Program-made: the position numbers and the translations under genes
Notes under the pieces: generated by a model
What the model was told of the DNA's origin: nothing
The model's input: only the letters and a program-made list of their open reading frames with translations
Databases searched by the model: none
NCBI RefSeq assembly: GCF_947568905.1
Contig: NC_079165.1
Location: 30,504,001-30,568,000, forward strand
DNA from: Ostrea edulis
Taxonomy: Eukaryota
DNA: 64,000 bases
Direction: 5' to 3'
In this document: positions 37,687-49,372 of the stretch, one piece after another
Numbering within the stretch: the first letter of the stretch is position 1
Layout of the letters: every line of letters starts with the position of its first letter

Positions 37687-40600
37687 TTATTTATTTGAAT
37701 CATAAGAAGATTTCAGCTTTTCTATCCTGTCTTTCCACGTAGAATCATCACTTGTCGCTTCTAGTTTGCGTATTAATGATTCACATGACTTCTTCTCTTT
37801 TCCACTTAAGAACTGAACTGATAGTGTAAATCTTTGAGCTGAGGACAAATTTTCTAGAATTGTTGTCACTGTCTCACTGTCCTGATCTTGGTATTCTGAA
37901 TCTAGTGCCACCAGAAAGTCCCCTAGAAGATTGATATCAGTTTTAAAAATCTGTCCAAGATGAATTCCACCTATTTCCAACAGGAAGTTGTACTGATCAG
38001 CTGTTGATTTTTGGTACCTTCTCCAGTCTCTTGTAAACTCCTGGCTGTCTTTTGGGAGATTGGAGGTCTGAAATGAAGTTTGAACATCTACAATGAAGAG
38101 TTACTTCAGAAAAAAAAATTCATTTGTGAAAAATACAAGAGCTATGATGCTTCACACCAGCATACTTTGTGCAGCACACTAGCGCTTCATGAAATGCTGG
38201 TGTGAAGCGTTGCAGATCATACCCTCATGTATTTTTCAAACCTGAAATTTATTTTTTAAATTTAATTTTTCCTACATCATTCCTGTCAGAATCCCCAGAT
38301 ATTAAAATAGCCATGCAATATTTATAATGATTTATACACACATTGTTCACATTCATGAGCAAATGGCTATCATTTCCATTGGGAAAGATATCGAAGGCAA
38401 AAACATCGGAAATGTACATATATGTATAACAAAATATTATTTAAGAAATGAACATTACTTTTTAGCTGTTCATGGTCAGTATGAACGGATTTGGATTTGA
38501 AGCAAATTCTGTGAATCGCGTTAGCGATTCACAGAAAATTTGCCTCAAATCCAAATCTGCTCATATTGACCATGAACAGCTCAAAAATGATGTTCATTTC
38601 TTATATTTATATTCATTTACTAAAACACCGTTTGTTTACATTACTTCTATTTTGTTGCATAAAACGAACTCCTAGCCTCTGTCACAGTCATATTGTGAAG
38701 TACGTCAACACATAGACATGACGTAACACTTCGTCTCACCCTGCCTTTTATCAACATTGCACTGTATTTTGGAGCTAGGAGGCCACAAGATTGGGATGAA
38801 AATCCACATAAGTTTACAATCTTAATCCGAGGTGTGACTTGCGAGATCTTTGTAACACATGTTGTATTTTTTCAAATCATTACACTCTCTCAGTCACGTG
38901 CTTTAAGCTAGTTCATAATCCGTTCATAGTCAATATGAACGGATTGTGTAGCGTGCTGAAATTGGTTGGTTCATAGAGGAAAACGCGATTTGTAATATAA
39001 ATGTATATATATATGTTTTGATGTTTTTCGTATTACTAGAGATGGATCAACTCTATGGAAGAAAGCAACAAAGATGATGCCAGTAACATCATTCATGAAA
39101 AAAAGAATTTTGAACTTGGAATATTAATCTTGCCTTTTTTGGGGGGGAGGTGTGTGGCGGTGGGGAACCAAGTTGGGGAGAATGAGAAAGTAAAATTGGT
39201 TTATTGGCTATCGGTAGATAACTAGTTATTAGAAACAGAATCCTTGCGTGTAATTCAAGAGTAAATTATAACAAATCAGTTCTATTGACATTTTTTGGCA
39301 TTTAACTTGTGTATTCTTTGTAGCCTGTGCAACTCTCCAATATGGTCTGTTATACAGACTGGGATGAAATTTTATACAATAGCCTGGTGGTTGGACAATT
39401 TTAACAGCCAGCATACTACTACAAATGTTACAAATAAGTTTCATTAGTAAATTCATGTAAAATTAATAAGCATCACAGAACTGAGAAGCAGGACAGCAGA
39501 TTTTGAACAGGGCTGGTAACTCTTAACTGTGACTGGCTCATAATTTCATTGACTTTCCAACCCTGTTCTTTGGCTCTATCCAATACTGATAGTTTGAAAG
39601 AAGTATCTATACAGGCATGTTTGCCACATATGATTCTCATATGAAGTGAGTTTGATATGATACACGCACGACTTGCATATGATCCTCATATGAATTTATG
39701 AGGATCATATGTGGCACTTTTCCTTATGTATATACATTGAATACATGTACCAGACCAGATAACCACACCTAGCTAAAATAATTTAGTAGTAGTAGTGGTA
39801 GTAGTACCTTTTTGATTTCAGACATGTTACCACTTGGAGGATTTGCTTTATTTTTGTCAGCGTGTGGATTCCATTTGACATCAAATGTAACATTTTCCAA
39901 AGTGTCACCCTTCTGCAGTGGCTTTATGTGAGAAGCAAGAACAATATCTCTAAAAAGAAAAACAACACAATGCATATATTTTGATAAACAAGTTGCTGTC
40001 CCTTAAAAAGGACTAGCTGCAATATGTAGAACATAGGCATGCATTTCTAACAGAAACTTAATATCCTAGGTTGAAAAAAAAGTGTTTTAAAATAGATTTT
40101 TTCATTCTTGAAACATGCAGATATTTTTCTTCTTACTAGACAGTGGCGGATCTAAAGGGGATTGGTTGAATATTTTCACACGCTTCCCCCATTTGGGTGG
40201 TAAAAGTCAAACTCAACCCCCCTAAAACCTTTGAAAAATGTCTGGATCCACCACTGTTTAGATCTGTAAGGTGATATAACGCCTTTCCTCAACATGAACT
40301 CATTGTACTAATTTTTCCGTTCAAATGAAGACTTCTATGGCACAATATTTTATCTCCCAAAATTGAAGAGTTCCTATAGTTTGTTTTATCTAGTTACTGA
40401 TACTTTGCATTTCTACACACTTCCTTGCATTTCACTAATTTAAAAAACAAACTATAGGCACTCTTCAATTTTGGGAAATAAAATATTGCACCATAGAAGT
40501 CTTAATATGAACGGAAAAATTAGTGATGGTTTATTTTATGGAATTTACATACTTAGACGGTAAGTAATACAGCATTAATAGTGATAAAGATTTGGTTTAA

Positions 40601-41690
40601 TAGTCAACTAACTGATTTGAAGCGAACAACAGTGTCATTAATCTCAGCGAGATTCGTCGAGGCTGGATATTTGGACTGACGCCTCTTCCGAATCTCAGAC
40701 CAGTGTCACATAAAGTGATTCGGGAAATCTTGCCTAAACTTCGGCCGCTCGTTGCGATTAAAATGGGTTAAATTGAATTTCTTGTCCGCTTCAACTTTTC
40801 GCCTCAGACATCCTATTAACTCCCTATCACAATGAAACATGCATTTGTTACCTTTACAAGGTGTAAATCCCACAGTAATTCAAGTTGGCTATTTTCAAAG
40901 CCATTGCAAACGGCCACCATTTCATATTTTACCTTCTCAACACTGAAGAGTTCCGATATACTACTTCATGACAATTTGTACTATGATTGAAAATACAGAA
41001 CTTACTGGTTGACAATTACTTTGTACAAAGCATTTAAGCATAAAAATTAAAAGCAATAAAAAGAAAACTGTGTAATATTTAATCAATCTATTTGAAGGCA
41101 TCCTAAACTATCGGAACTTAACTTGAATTAATGTGGGATTTACACCTTGTAAAGGTAACAAATGCATGTTTCATTGTGATAGGGAGTTAATAGGATGTCT
41201 GAGTCGAAAAGTTGAAGCGGACAAGAAATTCAATTTAACCCATTTTAATCGCAATGAGCGGCCGAAGTTCAGGCAAGATTTCCCGAATCACTTTATGTGA
41301 CACTGGTCTGAGATTCGGAAGAGGCGTCAGTCCAAATATCCAGCCTCGACGAATCTCGCTGAGATTACAGTGTCATATAAGTGCACATTAATTGCTAGAA
41401 CCGGTCGAAGCTGAAAGTAAATTTCCAGACATGAATTATAAAGGACTGCTCCGAGATTCTGTGAAGACGTCAGTCCAAATATTTAGCCGAGTTGAATCTC
41501 AACCGAGATTACAGTCATACATGTACCTAAATTCTTCATATGATCCAACTTTCTGGTGTACTGCCCTAAATTTGGCGTCATTTTCTCTCCAATATCGTTG
41601 ATCTTGTTCTACCGCCATAGCTAGCTCTTTTTCAAGTTTATTGAAGTCCATGGTATCATCGTCGTGACTCTTTTTATTTTCCATTTTCAT
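37687..41690 (-). CDS. CCDC103: Coiled-coil domain-containing protein 103 (dynein axonemal assembly factor 19)
   Basis: Exons 41690-41527, 39949-39808, 38067-37687, GT-AG and phase-consistent, 228 aa. Motifs DFNKLEKEL...[34 protein letters not shown] and RPAP3_C-like PKDSQEFTRDWRR...QIFKTDI...RFTLSVQFLS. An acceptor just upstream of the ATG implies a non-coding first exon. Confidence 0.95.
38116..38248. repeat. Palindromic hairpin element
   Basis: Arms ...gcttcacaccagcat / atgctggtgtgaagc... extending imperfectly to ~48 bp. Confidence 0.7.
38460..38586. repeat. Palindromic hairpin element (~60-bp arms, 4-nt loop)
   Basis: gctgttcatggtcagtatg...tgtgaatcgc-gtta-gcgattcaca...catattgaccatgaacagc. 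Confidence 0.8.
40141..40256. mobile_element. Tiny TIR element
   Basis: Termini cagtggcggatc / gatccaccactg. No TSD found. Confidence 0.5.
40307..40524. repeat. Foldback element (~80-bp arms)
   Basis: actaatttttccgttc...cctatagtttgttt and its reverse complement. Confidence 0.75.
40639..41367. mobile_element. Long-TIR foldback MITE with 9-bp TSD (Mutator-like)
   Basis: Near-identical ~240-bp TIRs. Perfect TSD CAGTGTCAT at 40630-38 and 41368-76. Confidence 0.9.
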
Positions 41691-43329
41691 GCTTCTGTTC
41701 AAATAAAATAAAAAAACTGAGGAAATTCTGGCAATATTTGATTAACCGTGTTTAGATTGTAAACATTTTATAAATTTGAACTTCATTTCTTGGTGTAAAT
41801 TGAGTAAGATACTGTAACTTTATCAAGACACTTTACAGAGATTAATGGTGTTAATAGCAGCTGTTTACTTTGCGTTTTTGCCGTCCGCATAAGTTGATGC
41901 CAATGATGTTGCGACTTGCCAACAAATAAACACTGTAGTCTCTATCATGCAGACGCTTAAGGTCAATAGTTGGGGGTGGGTGTAAATGTAGTCCAGGATA
42001 TATGTCTCCTCGATGTCCGGTATTGATGTTCGTTGATTGATCGTTATACGTTAGTTTTTCTTCAAATATCTTGATAAATATGTTTTTTAAAGACGGTCAC
42101 CAAGAATCTTCATTGTGACTTTGGTGTATGAAAATTGCGTAATTATTTTATAAATGGCTTTTATTTATTCTTTAGGGTGTAAAAGGAGTCCCGAAGATTT
42201 TACGAAAGTGGTAAATTTCACAACTATAGTAGACGACTCATTAAAATCATGCAAACATTTGGCCCCAGGAAGGCAGGGTCAATGAAATTCACAATTTTTG
42301 TTCCCCCTTTACCCATATATACTTTATACCAAAATTGGTTACAACTGGTTCAGCTGTTCAAAAGAAGCTTTAAATCTTGAAATGTTTATGACCGTGAAGA
42401 CAGATAGCAATAGGCCTTCTAAATTATTCATGTGATCTGAAAATTTTAAAGTCCCTTAACTCCGTATTGACAAAGCCAGAAAGACAGTATTGATGGATGG
42501 ACGTGCAGACCGAGTGATCACTGTAAGTCACCTGCCTTAGTGTGGGGACATAATTACTGAGTTTTATTATCAATAAATATGCATGCATGAAAATGAATAG
42601 TTTACGTTATATGATATTAATTTTATTTAAAAGTAATTTCTGCCAAATGTATTTTCCTTGGTGTACTTTCCACTGAACATGTGCAACCTTTAACTCTGTC
42701 GATATTGACTGACCAGTATGCAATAGTAACTACTGTTTACCGAATCTGTATAATCAATACATGTATTAGTCTTCTCAAAACATTCATTAATCTTGAGAAA
42801 ATATTATCTTTTTCATTTCACAAAAACCAACAAACTTCCTTGCAGAAGTTGATGCAGCTATTTGGTACACATATCGTCTTTTCAGGAAATTTATCTCTGT
42901 AAAGAAAATTTGGTCTTGTTAATTTTGTGTACAGTTTTGATTTTAACAAATTTATAGTTAATCATATTAAACAATTTAGCTAATTCTGCAACTATTGTAA
43001 AATCCAAGTGGTAAGGTAGAGCTAATCTTTATGAGAATTTCATTGACAATAATCAAGTTACATTTTAATAAGATGTTTTGAATAAATTAATTGGCCTTTC
43101 AAGTGATTTAAATAGCTATTATTGACCTACAGAATCGACCAACTCTGCAGTGTATACAAGGTATCTGATGCAGAGAAATCTGGTGGTTTTCTACAGCCTA
43201 TCATAATTGAAAAGTGAGTCTGTATGAAAAACACAAGGTTATACAACCCTACAATTTTCGTGGTAAATGAATCTGATGACTATGTTTGTCGGTTTGTCTC
43301 CCTGGGCCTCATCAGTCAGAGAAGAGATC

Positions 43330-43700
43330 AAACTGAGACATAGACTATTTAAACGAGATTGTTGAAATCCCTGTAGCATCAACTTATCTATCAATAACCT
43401 GTCTAGACTTAAACACTGATCATAAGCAGAACATGCTCCCACGTCTCGAATCAACTGAGAGATATAAACATCATATGCAGGTGATAACGGAATACTGCTG
43501 CATAGATATCGGAAGTTACCGGTGGAAATGCTGAAGCCATCCCCTTTGTCATGTTGAGTTGTTGGTTTGCCGTTAACATATATGTTCAATATGATATCCA
43601 AATATGAAGCAGATATGGAAGACTCTGTGATGTCTTTCATTTCAGATCACTGTGGTTTATCGAATCGACATATAAATAAAAACGAATTTGTTAATAGATA
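43330..43700 (-). mobile_element. Penelope-like RT remnant
   Basis: KDITESSISASYLDI...RYLCSSIPLSPAYDVYISQLIR...KLMLQGFQQSRL, same family as 21955-22528. Confidence 0.75.
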
Positions 43701-44873
43701 AAACGTAGTCGATATATCTCAATGTCGAGTTCAAAGCCACCAGAAGATATTTTTTTTATCTCAAGTGAAAGCTTTTGAATAAATTCTGTCTCATAATAAT
43801 ACAAAAACAGACTACGTAATAAAGAAACACAATTTGTATCCAACAGACTATTGGAAGACCTGATCACCAAATACTACGTAGATAATGTCAAAGAGGAACT
43901 CCGGCATATTTTCACTATCAACATCAGAATAATTATGCGTAGTTCTTATCATAGTGGTATTTAACAAAGTAATTTGAACAAAGAATAGAACTGTCTGGTC
44001 GATTAGAGAATACGTTTATAATTTCAGTTTGAATTTGAAAATCCACTTACTTTATTTATTAAAATTCATTTTAAATTGTCTGCATTCTGTATAACGTTTA
44101 TTTATTAAAAATCATTTTAAATTGTCTGCATTCTGTATAACGTTTATTTATTCTAGCGACGGAAATGTTATTTAAGCAACACTGAGAAGATGGAATTCTT
44201 CTTTAAATGCTTTTAAAAATTTCATCATTTGCTTCGGTGGCCATCATATTTCTTTTTCAGCAACATTGTCTGGAAGGAGGGACCATTCATTATTATATGT
44301 AGTAAGACATACAAAAAGATGGTATCTACTAGAATCAAATAGAAAATATCACAATTCCAAAACGAATAGATGATTTTAACTATTCAAATAAATAATTGTT
44401 GGACATTTCCATTTGAAGTTGTTTTTATTTATCTAAATACTAGTAGGCTAGCAGGTCTACCAGTTTAAAATGTTATGTCTAGCATTGGAATTCAATAGGC
44501 TTGAAACATCACGAGTCGCAGACTAACTACGTGTAACGAGTACATTTTCTACCGCCGGTGCATTATTTATTTCAATTTAAAGCATATCCTATGAACAGAT
44601 TAAAGTCGCTGGAGCCACGAGGGAACATGAACTGTGATGGTGAAAGAAGGAGAATCATAAGGCAAGCGAGAGGATAGTTGAATGAAGGAATTTGGAAAAG
44701 GTATTTCATTGCTCGGCGCACAAGATCGTCTTCAAGCGAAATACGAGATTTGTCTAGCCTGGCAGCTACAGAGACACCCTCCACACACACATGAATATAC
44801 CATATACCCCTTAGTTTGTCAAGTACAAGCCTGCATGCCAAAAAACTACATTCACCACGTATGTATTTTGAAA

Positions 44874-44879
44874 TTTATT
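44874..44879 (-). terminator. Polyadenylation signal of the vWA gene (repeated in every unit)
   Basis: AATAAA on the minus strand ~140 nt past the stop codon. Confidence 0.55.
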
Positions 44880-45018
44880 ACAGAATCAAAATATATTGTA
44901 ACAATATGAGGTAATGAAATAACAATATGAGGTCATCCAAATGATTCACATACAGATGTGAGCATACAAAACCTAATTATTATAGCTGCTGTTTATGTCT
45001 TCACGGTAGACGCCACTG

Positions 45019-46750
45019 TTAAACCATCTCCATATCCCTGTGAGATTCTCTAACATTTCTTACACGTCTCCATGCATAGTCATATCGTAAAAGAGACTTC
45101 TTTATCGTGTTCTTGTTACAGTCTGTTACCAAACATCTGCGCACAAACACGTAATATCCTAAGGATACCATTTTGTTCACTTGAGATCGAACGTCCGAAT
45201 CGGATAAAAGACGGGATTCCCAACACCTTGTTTTGGTAAATCCCGAAGACATTTTACAGTACGCAACAAAACGTTTGGAATCACCAGTTTTCCTCACCGA
45301 GAACTCGTACACAGCTGCGGGGAATGTCTTTCCTCCACAGATGGTAGATTTTCGGAAACCCCTTCTTCCTCTGTATCTTTCTACCCATTCAGCGTCATCT
45401 TCCGGTCTACTGGGAGCAATGGCGAGTTCCCATGGTGACCATTGTATCCTGCTCATAGAGAAATTCGTCTCTGGGACAATTTCCCTCTTCAATTTTCTTA
45501 GCGTATCAATCTGCAAAAGAAATATTCCAGTCATATAGAATTGCAACATTTTGATATATTGGAATCTAAATTACAGTATTGTGAAATAGGATTATCATTA
45601 GATGTCAAATGTTAATATTACTTCCAACTTCATAACGTTATTCTTCTTGATATCTAGAAAACATTACTTAAACTTTAATACCTTCTGACACGAAATGGCC
45701 AGAGATTTCGCTTTCTTTCTATCCACAGCAGAGCGAGGAGACCTTTTGGCGATTGTTTTCTTGACCCCGTGAATGATTGAAGTCTTTTTCTTCAGATTTA
45801 CAATGGAAGGAACTTTTGTCAAGGATGACACCTTTTTCAGGACCGGCTTGTAGGGAAGTGTTTTGGACTTTGGCGAATCTGCCACTTTAGTGGATGAAGA
45901 CGTACAAGGTTCTCCGTCTTTGAGTGCGCCAAACATCGCATTCAAGTCTTTATGAAGACCCATTCTAGCGTTTCTTTGTCGTACTTCTTGTTCATAGATG
46001 TCCAGAAATTCGGCTCCCTGTTCTCTGTAGCAGATGGCCATTATGAAGTCAAACAGGTTGGAGAACTGGTCTAGTTCTACTCGTCTGCCTGCTGTCTTGT
46101 CGGCTAGTGTTTGGTAGAAGTCATGGGTCCTTTTGTCACCCGAAGCTCTACATTGCACTCCATACACTCGGATACCCTACAATTTTACAATTGATATAAT
46201 CTATGATATTTGCAAAGAGATAAAGTAACATTGTCGTGGAGTTTAACAATCAAATATTGGAAGGTAGGACGATTTTTAGTCATCATGTAACATGTAATTT
46301 ACTCACCATCACTGCCAATTTTTCGACTTCCTGCTTCCAGTCCAGCTTCAATTTATTGTCTGGGTAATTCACATCATGTGGGTGGGCATCACCTATCATC
46401 ACAAGCGCCCTTTGAGTTCCGGGCGTCCAAGTCAGACTTTGAACCTCGTGCAAAACCAGTTCATAGCACTCATCCGAGTCGCCACCCCCCGTGGAGCCCA
46501 CGTTTTTCACCCACTGACACAGTTCCTTCAAGTCTGTAGAAAAGTCTATGTACTTGGTGACATAAGAAGAATTCCGGTCACAGTAGTCTCCGTGAGCGAA
46601 CACAGCGATTCTGATACCGGGTATATCCGTTTGAAGTCTTTGAATCATTTCTTGGACATTCTGTTTAACAGCATTGATGGAACTGGACATAGATCCAGTC
46701 GTATCAAACGAGAAACAAATCTCGATCGGACCGCCTGGTGGGGATGCCAT
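45019..46750 (-). CDS. vWA + basic linker + GIY-YIG/ET-like domain protein, copy 1 (476 aa)
   Basis: Exons 46750-46307, 46176-45682, 45510-45019, all phase 0 with GT-AG introns. vWA motifs FSFDTTGSMS, AHGDYCD, GGGDSDECYE, VMIGDAHPH. C-terminal AVYEFSV...FVAYCK...YDYAWRRVRN. Confidence 0.88.
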
Positions 46751-46837
46751 ATGTTAAATATTGTGGTCTGTATTGAGTTGTTTCAGAGTTACTTCGTGCG
46801 TCTCTGCTTGTATTGCTGTTTCTCGGTTAGAAATGAT

Positions 46838-46846
46838 CTTTATATA
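46838..46846 (-). promoter_or_regulatory. TATA box of the vWA gene (repeated in every unit)
   Basis: TATATAAAG on the minus strand ~90 nt upstream of the ATG. Confidence 0.6.
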
Positions 46847-47477
46847 CTATCGGTGCGATAGACTTGCAATTGAGTTGGAGACTTGCTCTTTAAGGTAGAC
46901 TGAGAATCTCCCTGTTCGAAATAGACTGACGATCCTATACGTATACAAAGACTGACAATTTCAACAATATAGAACTTTTATATAATATATTTCATCAAAA
47001 TTAAACGGATTCATGGAATCGACTAGTTGCGTAGCTATATTATTTCTATTAATATTTCTTTAAAAAATGGGTTTCAATAATAATGCTGGTTATGAAATAT
47101 TTCTTTAAAAAATGGGTTTTAATGCAAACATTTGCAAATCTCCAAACCGAGCACTTGAACAACAAGAAATTTACTACCGGTAATAGCCAATTGCTATATT
47201 TAACAAAGTATCAATACTGCATCGGTATGGTGTATTATAGATATGATATTATATAGCGTTAAAAGTTTCTATCATGAATTTTCTGAAGGTGGTCTAAAAT
47301 TCCAAGATTGCAAATGTGTTGTATTTAACGATATGTTTTCTTTAGAAATCGATCGCAATTTTGTTTCTATTTTAATCGGGTCTGGCGGATAACAATATTC
47401 CTTACACTTGTACAAACATTTCAATATTCTTCAGTTTGGAATTATCATTCACATTCTGCAATTACTCTTAATATGTA

Positions 47478-48150
47478 GCAGGGGACAGTTTCGCACTATA
47501 GGCCCGGTCAACTTTTTGAAAAAATGGAAATACCCCATATTTGAAGTGATATTACATGTGGAAAAATGTGTAGAATAATTTTAGGATACATGTCAAATGA
47601 AGCCGAGTGCTTATTAAAAATGTTGATATACAACATGTACATGTAGGTGTCACCATGATTCCTAGCATATAGATAGGTGCAAATACGAAACTAAGACACA
47701 TGGTCAGTTGCTGAAGAAATTCCGGTGAAAACATGCATGGTCCAACAAAAGATCTGTAGCTGAGAGGGAAGGTGGATGGCCCCATATGAAAGGTAGATTT
47801 TTAAGAAGGGCGGACAGGGTTCTTGATTGTGCACAGTGTCTAAATCTCCACGTTTGGTACTGTGCTGGTGGGGTGGGGGGTGGGGGGGAGCAGGTTGCGG
47901 ATTAGCCCAAATGAGAGAAAAGCAAAGCAAAAAAGGGGCACCTGCTCAGAGCATGCTTTGTGCACCCGCACCAGTATATATAAATCACATGTAATTTAGG
48001 GTCATAATTTATTAACTACACCAATATGAAATACAAGTATTGACATAAAAGGGAAATAGGATTTTTTTTATTAGTCTGTCATAATGTGACTTTGATGTAT
48101 ACCCCCTACCCCTACCCACATGTTTCAGAACCAAAGAAACTGTCCCCTGC
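47478..48150. mobile_element. TIR MITE in the array spacer (present in all four units)
   Basis: 15-bp TIRs gcaggggacagtttc / gaaactgtcccctgc. Contains a G-rich tract. Confidence 0.7.
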
Positions 48151-49089
48151 CACCATAGATACAACTAGATATCACTAGATGGGTATATATCAATGATGGG
48201 TACATAATAAAACTATATATCACTAGTGATCAAGGAGTGGCGGGGTGGGAACCAGACTTAAAAATTAACCGTTCTCGAGCTTTCGTAAACACCTTTTCCG
48301 TCGTATCAAAATGATGATATGGTAAATGTTGTGGAAGTTTAATACGAAAAAGGCACATTCAAAAAAGAATATAATAAAGTATTTTTTTACTCTCTACTTG
48401 AGGTACCTAAAATGAAATATTTTAAATGTAAATATTTTTAAAGTAAATAGTTTACTATTTTTCATTGAAGTGCCTATATAAATATTATATTTGAATAATC
48501 CTAATATCGATGTAAAAGTGCAATGGAATGAAGAACGGTTTTGGAATTTAGTGATATCAGAATAACAAAAATGAACTTTTTCGTTTAAAATGTACAACCA
48601 ACCAAACGGGCAAGGATGTTGCAACCCCCATTACCCCATTTAACCCCCCCCCCCCCTTGCATCAGCTGTTCAATTTAAACAGATATCCCTTTTTGAATAG
48701 TGATATAACTTTTTCCGAGTATGTTATATCATTCATTCTTCTAGGTGAGAATACCGATTCAATTTGATATCTCCGTGACTAGAAATAAAATATCACAGAT
48801 CCTAGTTCGCAATACAAGCTATTTACATTGATTTGGTAATGAATGAATTTGAATAGCAGGTATGATCACTTACTCGAATGAGTGATATCACCATTCAAAT
48901 AGGTGATATCACCAATTCAATAGGAATGATTTGGAATAGGTAATATCATTTATTCGAACTCTATTTCATAACGATATGTTGTTCTCAGAGTTGTTGCTCA
49001 TTATTTCGTTCATGAAAACGATTCAACTTGACGATGAAAATGGGGAAAAAACGAACGGTCATCAAATTCATAAATGCTATAAAGAATAC

Positions 49090-49372
49090 AACATTACGAT
49101 TGGGGCAATAAGCCGGACCCCTGGACATACCAGAGGTGAAATCATGAGCTTAAAAGCAGTCAATATTCCCTGTTGATCGGTCACACTCGCACGAGCCCCA
49201 TATTTCGATTAGGTAAACGTAGTAATCCGTAGTCGCAGTCAGTGTGTACGGAACGGACTAACAATTGGTATGAAACACGTCAGACAGCATTGGACCTAAC
49301 GACAGGCTATATTTGCAAATTAGATCAATTTGACAACCATAGAATTTGCGAAATGCAAATAGGTCATCTCAC
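49090..49372 (-). mobile_element. Penelope-like remnant next to the unit junction (also in units 2 and 3)
   Basis: Reverse complement resembles 22200-22460 (cgcaaattctatgg, tctgacgtgtttcata, tttacct, ctctggtat.tccaggggtcc). Confidence 0.7.

Noticed and set aside
45233-46861. Plus-strand ORFs 45233-45538 and 46376-46861 and their repeats
   Set aside because: Antisense shadows of the vWA gene exons, with no motifs.
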